Shown: in pieces, positions 9,823-18,585 of the stretch | How positions within the stretch are numbered: position 1 is the first letter of the stretch | Layout of the letters: each line of letters begins with the position of its first letter | Assembly: GCA_051252135.1 (NCBI GenBank) | Contig: JBPOGH010000003.1 | Span: forward strand, 192,001-256,000 | DNA: 64,000 nt | Direction of reading: 5' to 3' | Source: Verrucomicrobiaceae bacterium | GTDB lineage: Bacteria; Verrucomicrobiota; Verrucomicrobiia; Verrucomicrobiales; Akkermansiaceae | Translations under genes and position numbers: made by a program | Notes under the pieces: generated by a model | The model's database searches: none | Seen by the model: only the letters and a program-made list of their open reading frames with translations | Told to the model about the DNA's origin: nothing

Positions 9823-12204
9823 ATGACTCTCCCTCACGTCACTCTCGCCCTCACCGCCTCCATCGGCCTTTCCTTTGCCGCCGCCCCGAAAGGCCGGATG
9901 GCACTTCCTGACTTCACCAAAGGCGACCCCATTCCCGAGGGAGCGGTTCATGACTGGAATCTCGGAGCCACCGGACTCCGCGGATGGATGTTCAGCGACA
10001 AACTGGAAACCTCGGACGCCCGCCAGATCGCCATCACTCAAGTCGATCAAGGCTCACCCGCTGACGGCCTCATCCAAGTGGGCGATGTCATCCTCGGCAC
10101 CAAACGCCCCTTTTCCTCGGACCCTCGCACCGGGTTCGGACGCGCCCTGAGTTTGGCGGAATCAATTGATGGAAAGCTCCGCGTCATCCGTTGGCGGGCC
10201 GGTCAGCAGGAAGAAGTGACCATTCAGCTGCCTGTCATGGGGAGCTACAGTGCCACCGCTCCTTTCAACTGCTCGAAATCCCAACGCATCCTGGAGCAAG
10301 GATGCGCCGCCTTGGCCCAAAAAATGACCGGGCCAAACTACCAAAAACAAGTCAACCCCATCACCCGCTCGCTCAACGCTCTGGCCCTCCTCGCCAGCGG
10401 GGACGCCAAATTCCTCCCCCTCGTAAAACGCGAAGCCCAATGGGCCTCGGGCTTCAAGGCGGAGAGCTTTCAGACCTGGTTCTACGGCTACACCATGATC
10501 CTCCTCTCGGAATACATCATCGCCACCGGAGACGATTCCGTGATGCCCGGCCTGCGGCGTCTCGCTCTGGAATCAGCCGCCGGTCAAAGCGTCGTCGGGT
10601 CCTGGGGCCACCGCTTCGCCGGAGACGATGGCCGGCTCATGGGCTACGGCATGATGAACTCACCCGGCATTCCCCTCACCATCGCCCTGGTGCTTGCGCG
10701 CGAAGCCGGAGTGAAGGACTCCGAAGTCTCCCGGGCGATCGAACGCAGCGCCAAGCTCGTGCGGTTCTATTCCGGAAAGGGCGCCATCCCCTACGGCGAC
10801 CACCACCCTTGGATCCAAACCCACGAGGACAATGGCAAGTGCGGCATGGCCGCCGTCCTCTTCAACCTTCTTGATGAGTCTGAAAAAACGGAGTTCTTCT
10901 CACGCATGAGCCTCGCCTCCCACGGCTCCGAGCGGGACACCGGTCACACCGGTAATTTTTTCAACCTCCTCTGGGCCCTTCCCGGCGTCTCCCAATCCGG
11001 CCCCCAGGCCACAGGTGCCTGGATGACCGAGTTCGGAGCTTGGTACTTCGATCTCGCGCGCCGCTGGGATGGCACCTTCCTCCACCAGGGCCCTCCCCAA
11101 ATGAAAAAAGACTCCTACAAGGGCTGGGATGGCACCGGAGCCTATCTTCTCGCCTATGCGCTTCCCCTCAAAAAACTCCACCTCACCGGGAAACGCCCGA
11201 CCAAAACTCCCCTCCTCTCCCCTGACAACGCCCGCGCCCTGATCGTCGATGGCCGCGGGTGGAGCAACAAGGATCGCAACAGCGCCTACGATGGATTGGA
11301 AAATGACCAGCTCCTGATCATGCTCGAAAGCTGGTCTCCCACCGTCCGAGAACGGGCCGCCATGGCCATGGCACGTCGCAAGTGGAACCCCATCGACACG
11401 CTCGTCGAGAGGCTCGATTCCCCCAATCTCAATTCCCGTTACGGCGCGTGCCAGGCCCTCGTCCAGCTGAAATCTCCACGGGAAAAAGCCGTCCCCGCCC
11501 TGAGAAAAAACCTCAAACACCAAGACCTGTGGCTGCGCGTGAAAGCCGCCGAAGCCCTCGCCACCATGGGTGAGGCCGCCATGGAAGCCCTTCCCGAATT
11601 GCTCACCATGATCGCCAAAGGCGCTTCCCCCTCCGACCCCCGCGCCATGGAACAACGCTACCTCAGCTTCGCCGTCTTCGGAAAAATGCTCAAAAAATCC
11701 CTCGCTGGCGTCGATCGCGACCTCCTGCGTCAAGCTGTGGTCGCCGGCCTTCAAAATCAGGACGGTCGCTCACGGGGCGATGTCAGCAACGTCTACCAAA
11801 ACCTCAGTTATGAGGAGGTGAAACCCCTCCTCCCCGCGATCCACGAAGCCACCGTCACCCCCGCACCCAGTGGCGTGATGTTTGCCGCCGGAGTCCGGCT
11901 CGCGGGCCTCGACCTCCTCGCCAAACACCACATCAAGGAAGGTATGCCCCTCTGTTTCGAAGTCATGGAGATCGAAAAATGGGGCAAGGGCAACCGAATC
12001 CCCCGCTGCCTCGATGCCCTCGCAAAATACGGCACCGCCGCCAAGCCCATGATCCCCCGCCTTCAGCAGCTCGAAAAAGACCTCCTCGCACACCGTGAGG
12101 CCCGAAACCTCCAAAAGCACACCGACAAAGTGCGCGCCCTCATTCAACAAATCGAAAAGGCCAACGGCCCGGTCACCCTTCGCAGCCTCCGCGACCCCTC
12201 ATGA
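9823..12204 (+). CDS. DUF6288-like protein with PDZ-like segment and HEAT repeats
   Basis: Signal peptide, WNLGATGLRGW, GSPADGLIQVGDVILG, C-terminal HEAT-like repeats. Confidence 0.75.
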   Translation: MTLPHVTLALTASIGLSFAAAPKGRMALPDFTKGDPIPEGAVHDWNLGATGLRGWMFSDKLETSDARQIAITQVDQGSPADGLIQVGDVILGTKRPFSSDPRTGFGRALSLAESIDGKLRVIRWRAGQQEEVTIQLPVMGSYSATAPFNCSKSQRILEQGCAALAQKMTGPNYQKQVNPITRSLNALALLASGDAKFLPLVKREAQWASGFKAESFQTWFYGYTMILLSEYIIATGDDSVMPGLRRLALESAAGQSVVGSWGHRFAGDDGRLMGYGMMNSPGIPLTIALVLAREAGVKDSEVSRAIERSAKLVRFYSGKGAIPYGDHHPWIQTHEDNGKCGMAAVLFNLLDESEKTEFFSRMSLASHGSERDTGHTGNFFNLLWALPGVSQSGPQATGAWMTEFGAWYFDLARRWDGTFLHQGPPQMKKDSYKGWDGTGAYLLAYALPLKKLHLTGKRPTKTPLLSPDNARALIVDGRGWSNKDRNSAYDGLENDQLLIMLESWSPTVRERAAMAMARRKWNPIDTLVERLDSPNLNSRYGACQALVQLKSPREKAVPALRKNLKHQDLWLRVKAAEALATMGEAAMEALPELLTMIAKGASPSDPRAMEQRYLSFAVFGKMLKKSLAGVDRDLLRQAVVAGLQNQDGRSRGDVSNVYQNLSYEEVKPLLPAIHEATVTPAPSGVMFAAGVRLAGLDLLAKHHIKEGMPLCFEVMEIEKWGKGNRIPRCLDALAKYGTAAKPMIPRLQQLEKDLLAHREARNLQKHTDKVRALIQQIEKANGPVTLRSLRDPS

Positions 12205-13181
12205 ACAAATCTCTCTTCCCAACCTGGATCACCGTTTGCGTCCTCTCCCTTTCCGCCCATCTTTCCGCGGCTCCCATCCCCGCGAACGGGAAATTGAAGA
12301 TCTTCATCCTCTCCGGCCAGTCAAACATGGTCGGCTTCGGTCAGCTGAAAGGCGAGGCCGGCACGATGGAAGGCTGCCTCAAAAGCAAGCCCAAGGACTT
12401 CCGCCACCTCGTCGACAAAAATGGCAGCGCGGTCATCCGCGATGACGTCTGGATCGTCAACATTTCCCAAGCCGACAACAAACAACAGGGGTGGCTCACC
12501 ACCGGATACGGCGCAACCAAGGAGCACATCGGTCCGGAATACGGCTTCGGCTTCACCATCGGCGATCACTTCGAGGACCCGGTCCTCCTCATCAAGTCCG
12601 CCTGGGGTGGCCGCTCGCTCTTTCAGAACTTCCTCTCCCCCGGTGCGGAGGACTACCCCAAGCCGCAAAAAGATGGCGACAAAGGCTTCCACTTCGCCGA
12701 GGTCGTCCGTCACGTAAAAGCAATCACCGGTGACCTGAAAACCTACTACCCGGACTACGATGAAAAAGGCTTCGAGCTCGTCGGCTTCGGCTGGCACCAG
12801 GGCTGGAACGACCGCATCAACCAGGCCGCGGTCGATGCCTACGAAAAGAACATGGTCCACTTCGTCAAGGACATGCGAAAGGCGCTCGGAGTCGAAAACC
12901 TCCCCTTCGTCATCGCCAACACCGGCATGGGCGGCTGGGACATTCCCGCTCGTTACAAAGCCAAGGTCGAAAAGCTCATGGAAGCCCAACTCGCCCTCGC
13001 CGACCCCCAAAAATATCCCGCGTTCAAGGGAAACGTCGCCGGCGTGGAAACCCGTGATTTCCAGCGAACCCTTGAGGAATCACCCTCGAAACAAGAATAC
13101 CACTGGATGCGCAACTGGGAGACCTACTACCTCATCGGCACCTCAATGGGTCAGAAAATGATGGGGCTTCTTCGCAATTAG
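12201..13181 (+). CDS. Sialate O-acetylesterase (SASA/SGNH) family protein
   Basis: FILSGQSNM, GPEYGFG, WHQGWND motifs; ATGA overlap with the upstream gene. Confidence 0.85.
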   Translation: MNKSLFPTWITVCVLSLSAHLSAAPIPANGKLKIFILSGQSNMVGFGQLKGEAGTMEGCLKSKPKDFRHLVDKNGSAVIRDDVWIVNISQADNKQQGWLTTGYGATKEHIGPEYGFGFTIGDHFEDPVLLIKSAWGGRSLFQNFLSPGAEDYPKPQKDGDKGFHFAEVVRHVKAITGDLKTYYPDYDEKGFELVGFGWHQGWNDRINQAAVDAYEKNMVHFVKDMRKALGVENLPFVIANTGMGGWDIPARYKAKVEKLMEAQLALADPQKYPAFKGNVAGVETRDFQRTLEESPSKQEYHWMRNWETYYLIGTSMGQKMMGLLRN

Positions 13182-13190
13182 AAGCGCTTC

Positions 13191-13841
13191 CTACTCGTGC
13201 CGGGTAATCACCGTCCGGGGCATCTTGAGGAGAACGCGTTGCTCCTGCTGGGCGACTTTCATCTCCTTAAGTAAACCCCGGGCGTTCTCATACCCGGTCT
13301 CCGCTGGTTGGCGAAGGTCACCGTGATCCCCTAAAAGAGACAAAAGCTCTTTCTTTGCTGACTCCACCAATTCTTCCTGTTTCGAAAGCTCTTCATCCAA
13401 GGCTTCGAGAGCCATTTCAGCCCGATCCTGTTCAATGCTGTTCTTCCGACTGATAAACGCCTCAGCCACCGCATCGGCGAGGAGTTTCGCTTCCTGCTCG
13501 TCGTGACTTTTGGCGATGATTTCGATGAAGTCAGTGCCGCGACGAGGCTTGGCAATCACTTGCAGCTTAAGTTGCGCGAGCGTTTCCTCCGGACTGAGAT
13601 TCCAGCCTTGGTCCAGGGAGATGTCCTCAATCACGTAGCGCAAATTTTCCTCACTTGCAGGAGTTTCAAACTCACTTTCCATGTAACCTCTTCCTGGTCC
13701 ATTGGCCGAAATCATCGACGGATGAACCTGAATCACGGCGGTGCTTTTGTATTTGTAGCCCCAAAACCCTCCGGGTTGGCCGAAGCGGTAGCCGATGAAG
13801 GCGATCAAAATGACGGTGAGAATGGTGAGGAAATACTTCAT
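13191..13841 (-). CDS. Hypothetical protein resembling the periplasmic part of Wzz/GumC chain-length determinants
   Basis: N-terminal TM, YKSTAVIQV, RRGTDFIEI...ADAVAEAF, coiled coil; start at ATG 13841. Confidence 0.55.
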   Translation of the reverse strand: MKYFLTILTVILIAFIGYRFGQPGGFWGYKYKSTAVIQVHPSMISANGPGRGYMESEFETPASEENLRYVIEDISLDQGWNLSPEETLAQLKLQVIAKPRRGTDFIEIIAKSHDEQEAKLLADAVAEAFISRKNSIEQDRAEMALEALDEELSKQEELVESAKKELLSLLGDHGDLRQPAETGYENARGLLKEMKVAQQEQRVLLKMPRTVITRHE

Positions 13842-13910
13842 CGGGACGGGTCGGCTTTGCCCTTTAGTCAAAGGCAGAAGGGAAATCGTTCAAAAGGCTG
13901 AAATAAATCG

Positions 13911-13931
13911 TAATTAGAATAATTCTAATTA
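13911..13931. promoter_or_regulatory. Perfect palindromic operator (Fur/Irr-type box)
   Basis: TAATTAGAAT-A-ATTCTAATTA, a 10-1-10 inverted repeat upstream of the Fur-family gene and sufCBD. Confidence 0.75.
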
Positions 13932-13935
13932 GGAC

Positions 13936-13963
13936 TTGAACCTATCCGATCCGTGGCTAGGTT
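13936..13963 (+). promoter_or_regulatory. Possible sigma70 promoter of the fur-like/suf operon
   Basis: TTGAAC-16 nt-TAGGTT, ending 10 nt before ATG 13974. Confidence 0.35.
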
Positions 13964-13973
13964 CCCGCCTCCT

Positions 13974-14402
13974 ATGATCGCTATCGACGACAGCAAGAGC
14001 CCATCTCCTGAGGAATTCCCCTCCGAGATCGAAGGCTTGCGCATGACCAAGCAACGCCGCGAGGTGCTCTCGGTCCTGCTGAAGGATCGTGATCACCCCA
14101 CCGCAACCGATATTTACGCCCGTTCGCAGGACCGGATGCCCTCGATCTCTCTCGCAACAGTCTACAACTGCCTCGAGGTCCTCGTTTCCCACGGCATCGT
14201 CAAGCAGGTGAACTTCGAACGCGAACCCTCTCGCTACTGCCCCAACCTTTCCGACCATTGTCACTTCCAGGACGTGGGAACGGGGAAAATTCACGACGTC
14301 ACTTTTAAAGAAGGAGTGAGGCTTGAAGATTTCCTCGATTTACCCCAAGGGACCGACATCAGCCACCTCGAGATCAGCCTGAAAGGGCGTTTCGGCCAAT
14401 AA
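13974..14402 (+). CDS. Fur-family transcriptional regulator (Irr-like)
   Basis: LRMTKQR, DHPTA, ISLATVYNCL, HCHF; no CxxC pairs. Start at ATG 13974. Confidence 0.9.
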   Translation: MIAIDDSKSPSPEEFPSEIEGLRMTKQRREVLSVLLKDRDHPTATDIYARSQDRMPSISLATVYNCLEVLVSHGIVKQVNFEREPSRYCPNLSDHCHFQDVGTGKIHDVTFKEGVRLEDFLDLPQGTDISHLEISLKGRFGQ

Positions 14403-14428
14403 TTCACTAAAATTCGACCACTTTTTTC

Positions 14429-15172
14429 ATGAGCCTGACCATTGAAAACCTGCACGCGTCTGTTGACGGAACTCCGATCCTGAAGGGTCTAAATCTCGAG
14501 ATCCCCGCTGGCGAAATCCACGCCATCATGGGACCCAACGGTTCCGGTAAATCCACCCTTTCCAAAGTGATCGCCGGTCACGACGACTACGAGGTCACCG
14601 AGGGCCGCGTCCTTCTCGATGGCGTCGATATCGCCGAACTGGAAGTCGATGAGCGTTCCCGCGCCGGCATTTTCCTCGCCTTCCAGTATCCCGCCGAGGT
14701 TCCCGGAGTTTCCAATGCCAACTTTCTCCGCGCCGCCCTTCAGGCCCGCTTGCCCGATGGTGAGGAGATCGATGCCGTGGCCTTCTACAAGGACATGTAT
14801 GCCAAAATGGACGAACTCGAGATGAACCGCAAGTTCACCAGCCGCGCCGTCAACGAAGGCTTCTCCGGTGGTGAAAAGAAACGGAACGAGATTCTCCAAA
14901 TGATGATGCTCGACCCCCGTTACTGTCTCCTCGATGAGACCGATTCCGGACTCGATATCGATGCCCTCAAGGTCGTCGCCAAGGGCGTGAACTCCATGCG
15001 TTCTCCAAACCGTGGCTTCCTCGTCATCACACACTACCAGCGCCTCCTCGACTACATCAAGCCGGACCACGTCCACGTCATGGCCGACGGCCAGATCGTC
15101 AAGTCCGGTGGAGCCGAGCTCGCCCTTCAACTCGAGGAAAGCGGATACGACTTCCTCAAGCAGCCCGCTTAA
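14429..15172 (+). CDS. sufC: Fe-S cluster assembly ATPase SufC
   Basis: [43 protein letters not shown]. Confidence 0.97.
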   Translation: MSLTIENLHASVDGTPILKGLNLEIPAGEIHAIMGPNGSGKSTLSKVIAGHDDYEVTEGRVLLDGVDIAELEVDERSRAGIFLAFQYPAEVPGVSNANFLRAALQARLPDGEEIDAVAFYKDMYAKMDELEMNRKFTSRAVNEGFSGGEKKRNEILQMMMLDPRYCLLDETDSGLDIDALKVVAKGVNSMRSPNRGFLVITHYQRLLDYIKPDHVHVMADGQIVKSGGAELALQLEESGYDFLKQPA

Positions 15173-15193
15173 CCCCTTCTACCTGTCCCAGCT

Positions 15194-16615
15194 ATGAGCA
15201 CCGAAACCGCCACCGTAAAACAAGTCGCTCTTGAAAAAGACGACATTGGAAACTTTTCCTTCCCCGAGAATCACAAATACGATGCGGGTTACGGTCTCAC
15301 CAAAGACACCATCGACTACATCTCGAAGGTCAAGGACGAGCCCGCCTGGGTGAACGAGTTCCGCCATAAGGCGCTCGAAATCTTCGAATCCAAGCCCATG
15401 CCCACCAACTGGGCCACGGAGGATTTGAACAACATCGATTTCGACAAAATTCGTTACTACCTCTCCGACGGTGCAACGCCAAAACGCTCATGGGACGACG
15501 TCCCTCCCGAGGTGCTGGAAACCTTCGACCGTCTCGGCGTCCCCGAGCAGGAGCGCGCCTTCCTCGCCGGTGTCGAAGCCCAATACGACTCGGAAGCAGC
15601 TTACTCCAACGTCAAGGAAGCACTCGCCGATGAAGGAGTCATCTTCGTCACCTGTTCCGAAGGACTCAAGGAGCACGAGGAAATCTTCCGCCCCTGGTTT
15701 GGAAAAGTCATCCCAACCGGTGACAACAAATTCTCCGCTCTCAACTCCGCCGTGATGTCCGGCGGTTCCTTCATCTACATTCCCAAGGGAGTAAAAGTGA
15801 AGCACCCGCTGCAGGCTTACTTCCGCATCAACTCCGAGAACTTCGGCCAGTTCGAGCGCACCCTCATCATCGCCGACGAAGGTTCCGAGGTGATGTACAT
15901 GGAAGGCTGCACCGCACCGAAATTCGAAACCGCCACCCTCCACTCCGCCGTCGTGGAGCTGGTCGCCATGAAGGGCGCCAAGATTCAATACATCACCGTC
16001 CAAAACTGGTCCTCGAACGTGTTCAACCTCGTGACCAAGCGTGGCCTCGCCCACGAAGACGCCGAGATTCGGTGGATCGATTGCAACATCGGCTCACGCC
16101 TCACCATGAAGTATCCCGGCGTCGTCATGAAGGGCGAGCGCGCCCGTGGCGAAGTGATCTCCATCGCTCTCGCGAACGACGGCCAGCACCAGGACACCGG
16201 TGCCAAAATGATTCACGCCGCAAACAACACCACCTCCAACGTGGTGTCCAAATCGATCTCCGTTGGCGAAGGCCGCTCCACTTACCGTGGCCAGGTCCAC
16301 ATTCCCAAGCACCTCAAAGGCTGCAAGAACAACACCGAGTGCGACGCCCTCCTCATCAACCCGAAGAGCCGCACCGATACCTACCCCGCGATCACCGTCA
16401 AAGGAAACCAGCACGTCACCCAGCACGAAGCCAGCGTGAGTCAGGTCTCCGAGGAAATGCTCTTCTACATGCAGCAGCGTGGCCTCAATGAAGCCCAGGC
16501 CATGTCTCTCGCCGTCAATGGTTTCATCAACGACCTCGTCCAGGAATTCCCCATGGAATATTCTGTCGAACTCAAACGCCTCATCGACCTCGAGATGGAA
16601 GGCTCCGTCGGCTAG
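15194..16615 (+). CDS. sufB: Fe-S cluster assembly protein SufB
   Basis: [36 protein letters not shown]...EGSVG. Confidence 0.97.
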   Translation: MSTETATVKQVALEKDDIGNFSFPENHKYDAGYGLTKDTIDYISKVKDEPAWVNEFRHKALEIFESKPMPTNWATEDLNNIDFDKIRYYLSDGATPKRSWDDVPPEVLETFDRLGVPEQERAFLAGVEAQYDSEAAYSNVKEALADEGVIFVTCSEGLKEHEEIFRPWFGKVIPTGDNKFSALNSAVMSGGSFIYIPKGVKVKHPLQAYFRINSENFGQFERTLIIADEGSEVMYMEGCTAPKFETATLHSAVVELVAMKGAKIQYITVQNWSSNVFNLVTKRGLAHEDAEIRWIDCNIGSRLTMKYPGVVMKGERARGEVISIALANDGQHQDTGAKMIHAANNTTSNVVSKSISVGEGRSTYRGQVHIPKHLKGCKNNTECDALLINPKSRTDTYPAITVKGNQHVTQHEASVSQVSEEMLFYMQQRGLNEAQAMSLAVNGFINDLVQEFPMEYSVELKRLIDLEMEGSVG

Positions 16616-16649
16616 TCCCCTTCACTCCGCTCATTTCAATTTTTCTACA

Positions 16650-17792
16650 ATGTCTGCAACTTTGACCGCCCCCGCTCCCGAAGCATTTGAGGCCCTCGCA
16701 TGGCCGGCCCGCACGGATGAAAACTGGCGCTTTGGTTCCTGGAAGGAAGCAAACCTCGACGGCCTCGAACTCGTAGGATCCGGATCCGCCGCTGAACTTC
16801 CCGCCGGGCTGGAAGGGTTCTCCCGCCTCGTTTTCCAAAATGGTGAACTCGTTTCCGGAGACTGCGCGCAAGCTAAGATCGTATCGGAATCCTTCGGGCC
16901 CAAGTCACGCCTCGGCTCTGCCAAGCTCGCCGCTCTCCACACCGCGAAAGGAAATCACGGAGTCCGCATCTCAGCCAACGATGACCTCTCCCTCGAAATC
17001 ATCCACTTCGTCTCCGGCCAAGGCCTCCTTCTCCCCAGCCTCGTCATCGACGCCGAAAACGGAGCCAGGGTCCGCGTGATCGAACGCTTCATCTCGGCAG
17101 ACGATTCCGCCACCACCGTCCTCAGTGCCGCTGATGTGAATCTCGGCGAAAAAGCGGAAGTAACCTACCTCGTCACCCAGGAACTCAACCCTCAAAGCAA
17201 GCTCATCCGCCTCGCCGACTCCTGCCTCCAGGGACTCGCCAAGGCCAAGCTCGCCGTCATCCACACCGGGGCCAAGTGGGTTCGCGAAGAAACCTACTCC
17301 ACCGTCGATGGCACCGATGCCCGCTCGGAAATCCTTTCCGTCGCCCTGCCCACCACCGGTCAGGAATACGACCAACGCACCTTCCAGCACCACGGTGCCC
17401 GCGACACCTACTCCGATCTCCTTTTCAAAAACACCCTCTTCGGCAAAGCAAAGACCATCTTCTCCGGCCTCATCTTTGTCGATGAAGGAGCCCACGGCAC
17501 CGACGCCTATCAAACCTGCCGGAATCTCATGATGACCGACGACTGCGAGGCCAACTCCATGCCCGGTCTGGAGATCAATGCCGACGACGTCAAATGCTCC
17601 CACGGCAGCACCAGCGCCCGCGTCAGCGACGAGGAAATTTTCTACCTCCAGGCCCGCGGCATCGATGCCAAGTCCGCCCGCAATTTGGTCGCCAAAGGCT
17701 TTTCCGTCGAAGCAATCGAAAAGCTCGAAGACGAACAACTCGAAGCCCTCGCCCTCGAAGTGGTCGAGCGAAAGTTCGCCGCCATCGATTAA
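16650..17792 (+). CDS. sufD: Fe-S cluster assembly protein SufD
   Basis: ENWRF, PGLEINADDVKCSHGST, FYLQARGI; start at ATG 16650. Confidence 0.92.
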   Translation: MSATLTAPAPEAFEALAWPARTDENWRFGSWKEANLDGLELVGSGSAAELPAGLEGFSRLVFQNGELVSGDCAQAKIVSESFGPKSRLGSAKLAALHTAKGNHGVRISANDDLSLEIIHFVSGQGLLLPSLVIDAENGARVRVIERFISADDSATTVLSAADVNLGEKAEVTYLVTQELNPQSKLIRLADSCLQGLAKAKLAVIHTGAKWVREETYSTVDGTDARSEILSVALPTTGQEYDQRTFQHHGARDTYSDLLFKNTLFGKAKTIFSGLIFVDEGAHGTDAYQTCRNLMMTDDCEANSMPGLEINADDVKCSHGSTSARVSDEEIFYLQARGIDAKSARNLVAKGFSVEAIEKLEDEQLEALALEVVERKFAAID

Positions 17793-17797
17793 GTGAC

Positions 17798-18307
17798 CTA
17801 GTCAGATTGCCGGGCGAGAAAGTCGTCCCAGTCCTTGCCTTTGACGTTCTCAACGGACCCGTTCGTCATGATCACTTCCCGGGACTCATCGTCCGTCCGG
17901 CGCCCATTGTGATCGAGAGGGATTTTATCCCAGGCCAAAGCCCGTCCCTCGTTCGACGAAAGCCCCTCCACATAATGCCAGGAACTGTGCTCCGGTAAAA
18001 GGTAGCCGTGTTCCTCAAAAAACTCCCGCGCCTCACCCAGGTCACCCGCCTTCCCCACCACCAACTCAAGATACTCGGGAGAAGCCACAAGCAGTTCGGA
18101 CAACCCCAGCGCGTTTTCATTCCCTGACACCGGAAACCGCCCATCATGCGTATTGGCAAAGTGCCGCAGCTCCATTGCCAACACCTTGCTGCACCGATGC
18201 GTGCTGCCGTAAGGATACTCGTAGCGATAATAGCCATATCCGATGGCAAGAACACCAGCCAAACCCAGTAAGAGCCCGAACCAAGTTCCCTTTCTCATCG
18301 CGTTCAT
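17798..18307 (-). CDS. Hypothetical membrane-anchored protein
   Basis: 169 aa, N-terminal TM; weak resemblance to PVC H-X9-DG-type C-termini. Confidence 0.55.
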   Translation of the reverse strand: MNAMRKGTWFGLLLGLAGVLAIGYGYYRYEYPYGSTHRCSKVLAMELRHFANTHDGRFPVSGNENALGLSELLVASPEYLELVVGKAGDLGEAREFFEEHGYLLPEHSSWHYVEGLSSNEGRALAWDKIPLDHNGRRTDDESREVIMTNGSVENVKGKDWDDFLARQSD

Positions 18308-18375
18308 ATATTACCCGTCGCGCGATCAAAAAGAAGGACCGTTTGCGATTTCCGTTTCCTGATCTATCTTCTTAA

Positions 18376-18561
18376 GTGAACGATTTAAAAGTCAGGGAGA
18401 TTGTCATTCCGGCGGGAACACATTGGATGTGCACCTGCGGGAAATCAGTCAACTATCCCTACTGCGATGGAACCCATAAAAAAACAGGAGGCGCCCCCAG
18501 GAAACTGGTCCTGGAAGCACCGATCCCGGTTCCCGCCCGCCCCCCCTCCGATGACTTGTAG
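18376..18561 (+). CDS. CDGSH iron-sulfur domain protein
   Basis: CTCGKSVNYPYCDGTH fits C-x-C-x2-S-x3-P-x-C-D-G-[ST]-H. Confidence 0.85.
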   Translation: MNDLKVREIVIPAGTHWMCTCGKSVNYPYCDGTHKKTGGAPRKLVLEAPIPVPARPPSDDL

Positions 18562-18585
18562 AAGAGAGCTACGGTTGCTAAACAA

